A stretch of DNA of 64,000 nucleotides from an uncultured Alphaproteobacteria bacterium (GCA_963721275.1 CAVRIQ010000028.1:14239-78238), one strand, 5' to 3'; shown: positions 27,925 through 38,303, counted from the first letter of the stretch. Notes: generated from the sequence alone by a model not told the origin. A program made the numbers and translations.

Positions 27925-28008
27925 AAGTTGCGATGCAAACTCTATTTAGCTTTCGCAACAAATCGGCTGGCGCCGGGGAGCGCCAGGGCGGCCGGCGAGG
28001 CCCGCGCT

Positions 28009-28936
28009 TCAGCGCTCCCGTAACGGTTCTGCTGTCGGCGATTTCCGCGCAGCCGTTTGCTGTTGCAGCAACGGCGTCATCTGAGGGGCGTTCGCGGCCT
28101 GAGCGAGGTGCGGCTGGCCGACCGTCGTCGGCGCGGATTTGGCGCGAGTCGCCTCGGCGATCCGTTTCGCCGGCGCGACGTCGGCGAAGGCGCGGCCGAA
28201 TTTTCGCATGCGATAGAGAATGATGCCGCGGTCGATGATAGGCAGGCAGGAATTTCGGATCGCGCTGAAGCGCCTGATCAAGGTCGGCGATCGCGCCATT
28301 CAGGTCGCCATGGCGGTAGGCGGACATCCCGCGTGCCCGCAAGGATCTGGCCTCGGTCGCGGCGAGGTCGGGAGCCGGGCCGGCATTGGCTGGCGGGGCG
28401 CTCTGCGCATGGCCCCGAGGCATGGCGGCGCCAGGCGCGATCGCCTCACCAGGAATGCCCGGGCTCTCCGGCTTTGCGGACGGCGCGCCGTTGTCGGTCC
28501 TGTCCGGCGGCACGGCCGGGCTGGCGGCAGCGATCGCGGGGGACGCGCGGACGGCGGTGTCGACATCGTCCAGCGGCGCAACCGATGCCGCCGACACGTG
28601 CATGAAGAGCAGATATCCCCCGAACGTCGCGATCGAGACCCCGGCGAACGCCATCACCGCGGAGGCAAACCTGTGGACCCTGACAAAGACGGCCTGCTTG
28701 GACACCTGGTCCTGCTCCCGCCGCGCGAGCCCGAGCAGATGGTCGTAAGCCGCGCGCTGTTCGGCATCGCCAAGGATTTCATTGGCCCGAACGATCTCCC
28801 TGAATTTCAGCGCCGCATCGGGATCGTCAGGCCGCAGGTCGGGGTGGGCGCCCTTGACGGCTCTGCGGAACGCGCTTCTCAGACCTTCGGCGTCATCCTG
28901 CGGAAGAGCCCCGAGCAAATCGTAAAGCGTATTCAT
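28009..28936 (-). CDS. J-domain (DnaJ) protein with TM and C-terminal TPR; apparent frameshift at about 28237
   Basis: LYDLLG...AHPD...AAYD; TPR AYRHGDLNGAIADLDQAL...PAY continues as IDRGIILYRM after removing one base. Confidence 0.85.
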
Positions 28937-29203
28937 GACCGCTCTCGCTGCTGGATTTCCTCGTCTCCGACCGAAATTCCCGCCGCGAATTTACTCGGGA
29001 GCACGCGTACAAACTGAACGTCACTACCTGTGGATAATGTTGATCCAGTACGGCGGAAAAATGACTTGTCCGGTGCGCCGCCCCCGCTGCACGACCCATG
29101 GATCTTGAGGTTAGGCCGCTGGATGCCACAATCGGGCATGAGTTGTGGCGCTGGCAAGGCGGGAATTTGACCCGCGGGCTGCCGCGGTCCTAAAGTCACT
29201 CGC

Positions 29204-30079
29204 ATGACCGATTTCCACGGCGTCTTTCCTTATCTCGTTTCCCCCATCGACGCTTCGAGCCAAGTCCGCACCGACGTGCTGGCGCGCCTCTGCGACGATC
29301 TCATCGCGTCCGGCGTGCACGGGCTGACGCCGCTGGGCTCGACCGGCGAGTTTGCCTATCTCAACAACGCGCAGCGCCTGACCGTGGTGCAGGCCACGAT
29401 CGAAGCGGCGAACGGCCGCGTGCCCGTCGTGGCCGGCGTCGCCTCGACGTCGACTGTGGATGCGGTGGCGCAGGCAAGAGCCTGCCAAAAGCTCGGCGCC
29501 GACGGCATCCTCGCCATTCTGGAGGCCTATTTCCCGCTCGGGGACGCCCAGGTCGAATCCTATTTCCGCGCCATTGCCGATGCCGTCGACATTCCCGTGG
29601 TGATCTACACCAACCCGAATTTCCAGCGCTCGGACTTGACGCTCGATGTCGTCGCGCGGCTCGCGGCGCATCCGCGCATCGGCTACATCAAGGACGCCTC
29701 CACCAACACCGGGCGGCTGCTGTCGATCATGAACCGCTGCGGCGACGGCATCAAAGTGTTCTCGGCCTCCGCGCATATTCCGGCCGCGGTGATGCTGATC
29801 GGCGGCGTCGGCTGGATGGCGGGACCGGCCTGTTTGATTCCGCGGCAGAGCGTCGAACTCTACAATCTCTGCCAGGCATCGTGCTGGGACGATGCGCTTG
29901 TCCTGCAGCGGCGGCTGTGGCGGCTGAACGAGGCGTTTGCGCGCTACAACCTCGCCGCCTGCATCAAGGCCGGGCTCGCGATCCAGGGCTATGACGTCGG
30001 CGATCCCATCGCGCCGCAGGCGGCACTGACGGCCGACGAGCGCAAGGCCGTCGAGGCGGTGCTGCGGGATCTGGGCTAG
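29204..30079 (+). CDS. Dihydrodipicolinate synthase family protein
   Basis: GSTGEF, IYTNP, YIKDAS motifs. Confidence 0.95.
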   Translation: MTDFHGVFPYLVSPIDASSQVRTDVLARLCDDLIASGVHGLTPLGSTGEFAYLNNAQRLTVVQATIEAANGRVPVVAGVASTSTVDAVAQARACQKLGADGILAILEAYFPLGDAQVESYFRAIADAVDIPVVIYTNPNFQRSDLTLDVVARLAAHPRIGYIKDASTNTGRLLSIMNRCGDGIKVFSASAHIPAAVMLIGGVGWMAGPACLIPRQSVELYNLCQASCWDDALVLQRRLWRLNEAFARYNLAACIKAGLAIQGYDVGDPIAPQAALTADERKAVEAVLRDLG

Positions 30080-30110
30080 CGGACGCCGTCATTTGCTTGG
30101 GCACTCCTTC

Positions 30111-30207
30111 GTCATTCCGGGGCGAGGCGAGGCCTCGAGCCCGGAATCCATAACCGCCATCGGGAGCATGGATTCCGGGCCCGCGCTGACGCGCGCCCCG
30201 GAATGAC
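30111..30207. repeat. Intergenic palindromic repeat (GTCATTCCGGG...CCGGAATGAC family), copy 1
   Basis: Terminal inverted repeats plus internal CCGGAATCCA/TGGATTCCGG; three copies in the window. Confidence 0.9.
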
Positions 30208-30292
30208 AGGTGGGGGCGAGTTGTCTCCAGCCGAAAATCCGCTAAAACCCGCTGCAATCCAGTCGAACAAAAAGACTCCAAAGGACAAACTG

Positions 30293-32617
30293 ATGAATAT
30301 TCTTCCCGGCAATATGCGTTTCGGTGCAGGCCAGCCTGTCAAGCGTCTTGAGGACCAGCGACTTCTCACCGGGAAGGGTCAGTTCATCGACGACAAGCCT
30401 GAGGAGGGCGCGCTGTGGCTGCATGTGCTGCGTTCGCCGCACGCGCATGCGAAGATCGTGTCGATCGATACCAACGCCGCCAGGGACATGCCGGGTATCG
30501 AGGCCGTCTATACCGGTGCCGACCTGGTCGCCGACGACATCGGTACCATCCCGACACTGTCGGTGTTCATGCGCCCCGACGGCAAGCCGATGACGGTGCC
30601 GCCGCGCCGGCTGCTCGCCCACGAGATCGTGCGCTTTGCCGGCGAGCCGGTCGCCGCCGTGGTGGCGACGTCGCGAGTCGCGGCGCAGACCGCCGCCGAA
30701 GCGATCGCGGTCGAGTACGACGTGCTGCCGTCGGTGGTCGATCCGCTTGCAGCGATCAAGCCGGGCGCGCCGGTGGTGTGGCCGGAAGCACCCGACAACA
30801 TCGTCGCCGCCATGAGCTATGGCGACGCGGCAAAGGTCGAAGAGGCGTTTTCCAAAGCTGCGCATAAAGTGTCGCTGGACCTGGTCAGCCAGCGGCTGGT
30901 GCCGTCGGCGATGGAGCCGCGCTCCACCATTGCCGAGATCGAGAACAAAACCGGGCGGCTGATCCTGCATGTGCAATCGCAGACGCCGGGCTCGACCCGC
31001 GACGTGCTGGCGGAAGCCGTGCTGAAGCGGCCGAAGGAAAGTGTCCGCGTGCTGGTCGGCGACATCGGCGGCGGTTTCGGGCAGAAGACCAACCTCTATC
31101 CGGAAGACGGCATCGTGGCCTATGCCGCGACCAAGCTGAACCGCAAGGTGCGCTGGCGCGGCGACCGCACCGACGAGTTCGTCGGCGGCACCCACGGCCG
31201 CGACCTGACCTCGACCGGCGAATTCGCGCTCGACGCCAGGGGCCGCGTGCTGGCCTATCGGGTGCGCTCGGTCGGCGGCACCGGCGCCTATTCGACCGGC
31301 GCCGGCAACATCATCCCGCTGGTGCTCGGCCCCTTCGTGCAGTCGGGCGTCTACGACCTGCCGCTGGTGCATTACGAGGTCAAATCGGTCATGACCAACA
31401 CCGCGCCGGTCGGCGCCTATCGCGGCGCGGGCCGCCCGGAGGGCGTGTTCATCGTGGAGCGGCTGATGGACGCCGCCGCCCGGCAGATCGGGATGGATCC
31501 GCGCACCATCCGCAAGGTGAACTACATCAAGCCCGCGCAACTGCCCTACACCAACGCGGTCGGCCAGGTCTATGATTCCGGCGCCTTCGCCCACATGCTG
31601 GAGCGCGCCTCCGATCTCGCCGACTGGAACGGCTTTGCCGCGCGCAAGAAGGCGGCGAAGAAGAAGGGCCTGCTCTACGGCCGCGGCCTCACCAGCTATA
31701 TCGAATGGACCGGCGGGCGCGCGCATACCGAAACCGTCAGCCTGCACGCCACTTCGGAGGGGCGGATCGTTCTGCATTCCGGCACCATGGCGATGGGGCA
31801 GGGGCTGCAGACCACCTACACCCAGATGGCGTCGGAATCGCTCGGCATCCCCATGGACAAGATCGACATCGTGCAGGGCGACACCGATCTCGCCACCGGC
31901 TTCGGCAGCGTCGGTTCGCGCTCGCTGTTCGTCGGCGGCACCGCGCTTGCGGTCTCCGTCAACGACCTGATCGCGAAGGCGCGCGAGAAGGCCGCGAACG
32001 TGCTGGAGGCTTCGGTGGACGACATCGAATACCGCGGCGGCATGCTCACGGTGGTCGGCACCGACAAGCGGATCGGCCTGTTCGAGATCGCGAAGAAGGA
32101 AGCCGGCTCCCGGCTGTCCGTCGACAGCACCGGCGAAGTCGACGGGCCGAGCTGGCCCAACGGGACCCATATCTGCGAGGTCGAGATCGATCCGGAGACC
32201 GGCGTCACCCGCGTGGTGCGCTACACCACGGTGGACGACGTCGGCGTCGCCGTCAATCCGATGCTGGTGACGGGGCAGGTGCACGGCGGCGTCGCGCAGG
32301 GTATCGGGCAGGCGCTGTACGAAGGCGTGGCCTACGACGCCGAAGGGCAGTTGCTCACCGCAAGCTATCAGGACTACTGCCTGCCGCGCGCGGACGACAT
32401 TCCGCCGATCGCGGTCACGCTCGACGAAAGCGCGCCGTGCAAGACCAATCCGCTGGGCGCCAAGGGCTGCGGCGAATCCGGCGCGATCGGCGGCCCGCCC
32501 TGCATCGCCAACGGCGTGATGGATGCGCTCGGCGAATTCGGCATCACGAACATGCCGACCCCGCTGACGCCGATGAAGGTCTGGCAGGCGATCCGGGACG
32601 CGAAGGCGGGGGCTTAA
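30293..32617 (+). CDS. Xanthine dehydrogenase/CoxL-family molybdopterin-binding subunit (form II-type AYRGAGR motif)
   Basis: RLEDQRLLTG, RSPHAHA, GGGFG, AYRGAGRPEG, GQVHGG, AKGCGE. Confidence 0.95.
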   Translation: MNILPGNMRFGAGQPVKRLEDQRLLTGKGQFIDDKPEEGALWLHVLRSPHAHAKIVSIDTNAARDMPGIEAVYTGADLVADDIGTIPTLSVFMRPDGKPMTVPPRRLLAHEIVRFAGEPVAAVVATSRVAAQTAAEAIAVEYDVLPSVVDPLAAIKPGAPVVWPEAPDNIVAAMSYGDAAKVEEAFSKAAHKVSLDLVSQRLVPSAMEPRSTIAEIENKTGRLILHVQSQTPGSTRDVLAEAVLKRPKESVRVLVGDIGGGFGQKTNLYPEDGIVAYAATKLNRKVRWRGDRTDEFVGGTHGRDLTSTGEFALDARGRVLAYRVRSVGGTGAYSTGAGNIIPLVLGPFVQSGVYDLPLVHYEVKSVMTNTAPVGAYRGAGRPEGVFIVERLMDAAARQIGMDPRTIRKVNYIKPAQLPYTNAVGQVYDSGAFAHMLERASDLADWNGFAARKKAAKKKGLLYGRGLTSYIEWTGGRAHTETVSLHATSEGRIVLHSGTMAMGQGLQTTYTQMASESLGIPMDKIDIVQGDTDLATGFGSVGSRSLFVGGTALAVSVNDLIAKAREKAANVLEASVDDIEYRGGMLTVVGTDKRIGLFEIAKKEAGSRLSVDSTGEVDGPSWPNGTHICEVEIDPETGVTRVVRYTTVDDVGVAVNPMLVTGQVHGGVAQGIGQALYEGVAYDAEGQLLTASYQDYCLPRADDIPPIAVTLDESAPCKTNPLGAKGCGESGAIGGPPCIANGVMDALGEFGITNMPTPLTPMKVWQAIRDAKAGA

Positions 32618-32634
32618 GCTCAATCTCTCAACTC

Positions 32635-32733
32635 GTCATTCCGGGATGCGCCCTCTTGGGCGCAGGCCCGGAATCCATAACCATGACCGGGAGTATGGAT
32701 TTCGGGCTCGCGCTTCGCGCGCCCCGGAATGAC
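32635..32733. repeat. Intergenic palindromic repeat, copy 2
   Basis: gtcattccggg...ccccggaatgac between convergent genes. Confidence 0.9.
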
Positions 32734-32743
32734 AAAGAGAAAG

Positions 32744-33940
32744 TTACAGCCCCAGCACCATCTTGGCGACGATGTCGCGCTGGATTTCCGACGAGCCGCC
32801 GAAGATGGTGTAGGCGCGGCCGTTGAGATATTCCGGCACGATCGGCAGCATGCTTTCCGGGATCGCCGGCTCCTGGTTGAGCTTGTAGAACGGCCGCATC
32901 GGCTCGACGGCGAGACCGTCATTGCCGATCACCTCGACGCCGAGCCGCGTCACCGCCTGGCGGATTTCGCTGACCCGCAGTTTCAGCAATGAGGAGACCG
33001 CGCCGGGATTCTGTCCGGTCTGCAGCGCCGACAGCACCCGCAGCTCGGTCATTTCCAGCGTGTCGATATCGACCTCGATCTCGGACATCCGCAAGGCAAT
33101 GTCGGGATCGTCGATGGCGCGGCCGGTGGCTTCCGACTCGGCCAAATCCGAAACCGTCTTCAGCGCGTCGCGCAACTTCGCCGAGGCGATGCCGGAGCCG
33201 CGCTCGAATTCCAGCAGGTATTTGCCATAGGTCCAGCCCTTGCCTTCCTCGCCGACGCGGTTGGCGACGGGCACGCGGACGTCGTCGAAGAACACCTGGT
33301 TGACCTCGTGATCGCCGCCGATGGTCAGGATCGGCCTTGTGGTGATGCCCTTGCTCTTCATGTCGATCAGAATAAAGCTGATGCCGTCCTGCTGGCGCGG
33401 CGTGTCGCTGGTGCGCACCAGCGCGAACATGCGGTTGGCGTGGTGCGCATGGGTGGTCCAGATCTTGGTGCCGTTGACGATGTAGTGGTCGCCGTCGCGC
33501 ACCGCGCGGGTCTTCAGCGAGGCGAGATCGGAGCCGGAACCTGGCTCGGAATAGCCCTGGCACCAATAATCCTCGCCGGAGAGAATCCGCGGCAGATAAT
33601 AGTTTTTCTGTTCCGGCGAGCCGAAGCCGATGATGACGGGGCCGACCATCTTCACGCCCATGACGTTGACGTTCGGCACCCCGCCGCGGGCGCATTCGGC
33701 CTCGAAGATCCAGCGCTGCGCCGCCGTCCAGTCCGGTCCGCCATATTGCACCGGCCAGCCCGGCGCGCCCCAGCCTTTCCTGTGCAGCGCTTTTTGCCAG
33801 GCCATGCCGATGTCGGGGTCCGAAAATACCGACGGCGTCAGCGCGGTCGCGCGTTTCATTTCCGGCGTGAGGTTTTGGGCGATGAAGTCGCGGACTTCGC
33901 TTTCGAAGGCGCGTTCCTCGGCACTGAAGGTGAGATCCAT
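32744..33940 (-). CDS. Acyl-CoA dehydrogenase
   Basis: MDLTFSAEERAF start; CQGYSEPGSGSDLASL, NGTKIWTT, IFGGSSEIQRD. Confidence 0.95.
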   Translation of the reverse strand: MDLTFSAEERAFESEVRDFIAQNLTPEMKRATALTPSVFSDPDIGMAWQKALHRKGWGAPGWPVQYGGPDWTAAQRWIFEAECARGGVPNVNVMGVKMVGPVIIGFGSPEQKNYYLPRILSGEDYWCQGYSEPGSGSDLASLKTRAVRDGDHYIVNGTKIWTTHAHHANRMFALVRTSDTPRQQDGISFILIDMKSKGITTRPILTIGGDHEVNQVFFDDVRVPVANRVGEEGKGWTYGKYLLEFERGSGIASAKLRDALKTVSDLAESEATGRAIDDPDIALRMSEIEVDIDTLEMTELRVLSALQTGQNPGAVSSLLKLRVSEIRQAVTRLGVEVIGNDGLAVEPMRPFYKLNQEPAIPESMLPIVPEYLNGRAYTIFGGSSEIQRDIVAKMVLGL

Positions 33941-33957
33941 GGTTGGCGCTCCGTTGT

Positions 33958-35100
33958 TCAGCTTGCCCGCCCGCCCAGCGCGGCGTGGCGGCGATAGTGA
34001 TGGGTGCTGCCGCCGAACAGCGTGTCGAAGGCGAGCAGCCGCTTGAAATAGGAGCCGATCTCGAGCTCCTCGGTGACGCCCATGGCGCCGTGCAGCTGCA
34101 CCGCCTGTTCGGCGACGAAGCGCGCGCATTTGCCGATTTTGGCTTTCGCGCCCGACGCGGCGCGGCCGCGGGCGACGGGTTCGGCATCCGCCATCAGTGC
34201 CGCGCGCAGCGCGATCGAGCGCGCCTCGTCGCATTGCATCGCCATGTCGGCGAGCCGGTGGCGGATCACCTGGTTGGCGGAGAGGGGCCGGCCGAATTGC
34301 TGGCGCACCTTGGTATATTCGAGCGTCCGGTCGAGCAGGGTCTGCATGATGCCGACGGCTTCGGAACCGAGCGCGGCGAGCGCGCGGTCCACGACACACT
34401 CGATGTTCGAAAGCGCGTCGCTGCCGTCGCCGAGCAGGGCGTCGGCGGGCAGGCGGACATCTCTGAGATCGAGATTGCAGGCGCGGCCGCCGCCGAGCCG
34501 CGGAAAATCCCGTAACGTCATGCCGGCGGTGCCTGACGGAACCAGGAACAGGCACAGATTGCCCGGCGTGCCATCGTCGCCGGCGATGCGGGCGGAGACG
34601 ATGATCCGGTTCGCGGCATTGCCGTCGAGCACCGCGGTCTTGTGGCCGTCGAGCCGCCAGCCGTCGGGGGTCTTGCTTGCGGTCGTCTCGACGCGGGCGA
34701 GATCGAACCGCGCGGCGCGCTCCGAATGCGCGAACGCCAGCAGCAGCGAACCGTCGGCGACCGTGGGAAGCATCGCCTGCTTCTGCGCTTCGCTGCCGCA
34801 TGCGGCGATCAGGCCGGCGCCGATCACGACGGTCGCCAGATAGGGTTCGGCGACCAGGCCGCGGCCGAACGCCTCCATCAGGATGCCGGTCTCGACCGCG
34901 CCCGCGCCGAGCCCGCCATGGGCCTCCGCGACCGGCAGCGCCAGCCAGCCGAGTTCGGCGAATTGCTTCCAGATTTGCCGGCTGAAGCCGAGCGGATCGC
35001 TCGCGGTGCGGCGGCGATGGTCGGAATCGTAAGTCTCGTTGATGAAGCGGTCGACGCTCTCGCGCAGCAGGCGCTGCTCGTCGCTGGGGGTGAGATCCAT
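33958..35100 (-). CDS. Acyl-CoA dehydrogenase (partner subunit)
   Basis: EYTKVRQQFGRPL, QVIRHRLADM, QLHGAMG. Confidence 0.95.
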   Translation of the reverse strand: MDLTPSDEQRLLRESVDRFINETYDSDHRRRTASDPLGFSRQIWKQFAELGWLALPVAEAHGGLGAGAVETGILMEAFGRGLVAEPYLATVVIGAGLIAACGSEAQKQAMLPTVADGSLLLAFAHSERAARFDLARVETTASKTPDGWRLDGHKTAVLDGNAANRIIVSARIAGDDGTPGNLCLFLVPSGTAGMTLRDFPRLGGGRACNLDLRDVRLPADALLGDGSDALSNIECVVDRALAALGSEAVGIMQTLLDRTLEYTKVRQQFGRPLSANQVIRHRLADMAMQCDEARSIALRAALMADAEPVARGRAASGAKAKIGKCARFVAEQAVQLHGAMGVTEELEIGSYFKRLLAFDTLFGGSTHHYRRHAALGGRAS

Positions 35101-35105
35101 GTTGG

Positions 35106-35969
35106 CTACTTTACGACTGCGGTTTTCTTGACGGAGGGATGCAGGCCGGCGGGATCGACCACCATGCCGAACTCCTGCAGATTATGCGCGTGGCAGAGCT
35201 GGTGCAGCGCGAACGCCTGATCGATCGCCGCGGGCTGGCCCATGACATCGACCGAGCGGTTGACGGCCTCTTTGGTCAGTTTCAGCGCGAAGGAAGGTTT
35301 TGCGGCGATCCTTTGCGCCAGGGCCATCACGAAAGACGACAGCTCGGGCCGTGGCACGACGTGGTTGACCATGCCGAGCCGGTGCGCCTCTTCGGCGCTC
35401 CAGACGTCGGCGGTGAACAGCAATTCCTTGGCCTTGCGCGGGCCCAGCTCCCAGGGATGGACGAACCACTCGACGCCGCATACCCCCATGGTGACCACGG
35501 GATCGCAGAATTCCGCGTCATGGCTGGCGACGATCAGGTCGCAGGCCCAGGCCAGCATCAGGCCGCCGGCGATGCATTTGCCATGGACTTCCGCGATCGT
35601 CGGCTTGGCGAGGTTGCGCCAGCGCCTTGTGATCTGAAGATAGATCTCCTGCTCGCGCGCGAAGCGGCCGTGGGCGTTGGGCTCGGCAAACCCGCCCCAG
35701 TTTCCGACCGGCGGAAAATCCACCCCGGCGGCGTTCTTGCCCGTGGGCCGCAGGTCGTGGCCGGCCGAGAAATGCGGGCCGTTACCGGCCAGGATGATGA
35801 CCTTGACCGCATCGTCCTGCACCGCGGAATCGAAGGCGGCGTTGAGGTCGTAGGTCATCTGCAGGTTTTGCGCGTTGCGCGCCTCCGGCCGGTTCATCAC
35901 GATCCGCGCGATGCGCGGCTCCGGCCGTTCGACGACAATGGTCTCGTAGGCGGTCTCGTGCAGGGTCAT
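35106..35969 (-). CDS. Enoyl-CoA hydratase family protein
   Basis: NRPEARNA, FSAGHDL, KPTIAEVHGKCIAGG. Confidence 0.95.
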   Translation of the reverse strand: MTLHETAYETIVVERPEPRIARIVMNRPEARNAQNLQMTYDLNAAFDSAVQDDAVKVIILAGNGPHFSAGHDLRPTGKNAAGVDFPPVGNWGGFAEPNAHGRFAREQEIYLQITRRWRNLAKPTIAEVHGKCIAGGLMLAWACDLIVASHDAEFCDPVVTMGVCGVEWFVHPWELGPRKAKELLFTADVWSAEEAHRLGMVNHVVPRPELSSFVMALAQRIAAKPSFALKLTKEAVNRSVDVMGQPAAIDQAFALHQLCHAHNLQEFGMVVDPAGLHPSVKKTAVVK

Positions 35970-36129
35970 TGGGCTGCGTTTCCTCGTGTTTTCGCCATGT
36001 TGACTATTTCGTCGAATGATAGGCAAGAGCGATCGGCCGCAAAATTGTAGCGGACCGCGGCCTTTCGCCTGCATACCTGACCGGATCATTCTGATAGCTT
36101 GCGGCAAATTTGAAAACCGGGAGATTTCG

Positions 36130-36738
36130 ATGCGCAGATTATGGACCGTGCTGGCGGCGCTGGCGACGCTGAGCCTGACCAATTGCGGCTATAACGCGAT
36201 CCAGACCAATGACGAGCAGGTCAAATCGGCCTGGTCCGAGGTCCTGAACCAGTACCAGCGCCGCGCCGATCTGGTGCCCAACCTCGTCAATTCGGTGAAA
36301 GGCTTTGCGCAGCAGGAAAAGGACGTGCTCCTGGGGGTGACCAATGCGCGGGCCAAGGTCGGCAGCATCCAGGCGACGCCGGAGCTCGTCAACGATCCCG
36401 GCGCATTCGCAAAATTCCAGGCCGCCCAGGGCGAATTGACCAGCGCGCTGTCCAGGCTTCTGGTGGTGACCGAGAATTACCCGCAGCTCAAATCCGACGC
36501 GCTGTTTCGCGACCTGATGGCGCAGCTGGAAGGCACCGAAAACCGCATCACGGTGGCGCGCAATCGCTACATCAAGGCGGTGCAGGACTATAATGTCGGC
36601 ATCCGCACCTTCCCGAACAATTTGACGGCGATGGTGTTCGGCTACAAGGAAAAGGCCAACTTCACGGTCGGCAACGAAAAGGAAATCTCCACCGCGCCGA
36701 AGGTGGATTTCAACCCGGTGCCGGCGCCGACAAAATAA
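36130..36738 (+). CDS. lemA: LemA family lipoprotein
   Basis: LTNC lipobox-like; QYQRRADLVPNLV, ENYPQLK, LEGTENRI. Confidence 0.95.
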   Translation: MRRLWTVLAALATLSLTNCGYNAIQTNDEQVKSAWSEVLNQYQRRADLVPNLVNSVKGFAQQEKDVLLGVTNARAKVGSIQATPELVNDPGAFAKFQAAQGELTSALSRLLVVTENYPQLKSDALFRDLMAQLEGTENRITVARNRYIKAVQDYNVGIRTFPNNLTAMVFGYKEKANFTVGNEKEISTAPKVDFNPVPAPTK

Positions 36739-36763
36739 TCCGACAACCGGATCGGCCACCGCG

Positions 36764-37663
36764 ATGAACGCTGCAAGAGCCTCCCTGCTTGCGCTGCTCG
36801 TGTGCTGGGCCTTCGCGGCCTTCGCCGACGTGGCGGTGCCGCCGCTGTCGGGTCGGGTGGTCGACCAGACCGGCACGCTGTCCTCGGGCGACATCGCGTC
36901 GCTGACGCAGACGCTCAAGGCGCTGGAGCTTAGGAAAGGCAGCCAGGTCGCGGTGCTGATCGTGCCGACCACGGAGCCTGAAACCATCGAGCAATATTCG
37001 ATCCGGGTGGCGGAAGCCTGGAAGATCGGGCGCAGGAAGATCGACGACGGCGCGCTGCTGGTGGTCGCCAAGAACGATCGCAAGCTTCGCATCGAGGTCG
37101 GCTACGGGCTGGAAGGCGCGCTCAACGACGTCACCGCCAAGCGCATCATCGATGAAGTCATCACGCCGAAATTCAGGAATGGGGATTTTGCCGGCGGGAT
37201 TTCGGCAGGCGTCGACCGCATCATCGGCGTCATCGACGGCGAGCCGCTGCCGGCGCCGGCGCCGGCAGCGCGGTGGCAGCCGGATTCCAATTCCGCCCTC
37301 TACCAGTTCCTCAATCCCTTGAACCCGTTCACCATCATCTTCATTCTGCTGCTCGGCGGAGTCTTCCGCCGCGTCTTCGGCCGGCTGTTCGGTTCGCTGG
37401 CGAGCGGCGGCCTGATCGGGCTGTTGGTGTGGTTCGTGTTCGGATCGCTGATCCTCTCGGCGCTTGCCGGCCTCGTCGCCTCGGTCTTCACGATGTTCAG
37501 CGACGCCATCACCGCACCCGGCCCGCGCGGAAGAGGGGGCGGCGGCTGGTCGGGTGGCTCCGGCAGCAGCGGTTGGAGCAGCAGCGGCGGTTCGAGCGAC
37601 AGCGGCGGGTTCAGCGGCGGCGGCGGCAGTTTTGGCGGCGGCGGCGCGTCGGGAAGCTGGTAG
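36764..37663 (+). CDS. TPM domain protein (YgcG-like) with Gly-rich tail
   Basis: RVVDQTG, RIEVGYGLEG, GGGGSFGGGGASGSW. Confidence 0.93.
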   Translation: MNAARASLLALLVCWAFAAFADVAVPPLSGRVVDQTGTLSSGDIASLTQTLKALELRKGSQVAVLIVPTTEPETIEQYSIRVAEAWKIGRRKIDDGALLVVAKNDRKLRIEVGYGLEGALNDVTAKRIIDEVITPKFRNGDFAGGISAGVDRIIGVIDGEPLPAPAPAARWQPDSNSALYQFLNPLNPFTIIFILLLGGVFRRVFGRLFGSLASGGLIGLLVWFVFGSLILSALAGLVASVFTMFSDAITAPGPRGRGGGGWSGGSGSSGWSSSGGSSDSGGFSGGGGSFGGGGASGSW

Positions 37664-37681
37664 AATCTGGAGCTGGCAGCA

Positions 37682-38179
37682 ATGGGCATCAGGCGCATCG
37701 GCAAGCATCTTCTCCAGCACAACTGGCGGGCGCGGCGTATTTTCCCGCCGGAGGTGCTGGCGACGATCGAGCGAACGATCAAGGCGGGCGAGGCCACCCA
37801 TTCCGGCCAGGTCCGCTTCGTGGTCGAGGGCGCGCTGGACGGCCGGCCGCTGTTCCGCGATCAGCCGGCGCGGGAGCGCGCGCTGGATATTTTCTCGCAG
37901 CTGCGCATCTGGGACACCGCCCACAACAACGGCGTGCTGATTTATCTCCTGCTCGCCGACCGGGATGTCGAGATCATCGCCGACCGCGGCATCGACGCCA
38001 AGGTCGGCCGCGCGGGGTGGGACGAGATCTGCAAGGCGATGGAGACCGATTTCAAGGCGGGCAATTTTTCAGGCGGCGTCATCCGGGGGATCGAGGCGGT
38101 CTCGAAGCAACTGGCGGCGCATTTCCCGAGGCACGGCGGCGGCACGAATGAGCTGCCCGACGCGCCGGTGGTGATGTAG
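37682..38179 (+). CDS. TPM domain protein
   Basis: HSGQVRFVVE, NNGVLIYL, ADRGID, NELPD. Confidence 0.92.
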   Translation: MGIRRIGKHLLQHNWRARRIFPPEVLATIERTIKAGEATHSGQVRFVVEGALDGRPLFRDQPARERALDIFSQLRIWDTAHNNGVLIYLLLADRDVEIIADRGIDAKVGRAGWDEICKAMETDFKAGNFSGGVIRGIEAVSKQLAAHFPRHGGGTNELPDAPVVM

Positions 38180-38185
38180 GTTGCT

Positions 38186-38285
38186 GTCATTCCGGGGCGC
38201 GACGAAGTTGCGAACCCGGAATCCATAACCACGATCGAGGCTCATGGATTCCGGGCCTGCGCCAAGGGGCGCATCCCGGAATGAC
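38186..38285. repeat. Intergenic palindromic repeat, copy 3
   Basis: gtcattccgggg...cccggaatgac between convergent genes. Confidence 0.9.
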
Positions 38286-38303
38286 GATATTTGAGGATGT
38301 CGC

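Noticed and set aside
30242-32623. 793-aa minus-strand ORF
   Set aside because: Antisense shadow of the CoxL-like gene
33941-34801. Apparent N-terminal extension making a 685-aa acyl-CoA dehydrogenase
   Set aside because: Off-frame overlap with the upstream dehydrogenase; the real start is ATG 33940 with a GGAG RBS
36130-38179. lemA-TPM-TPM operon as a novel system
   Set aside because: A widespread, already recognised gene trio with nothing atypical here
30111-38285. Repeats as a CRISPR array or tRNA-like genes
   Set aside because: Dispersed single copies with no repeat-spacer periodicity, no cas genes and no tRNA T-loop or anticodon arm
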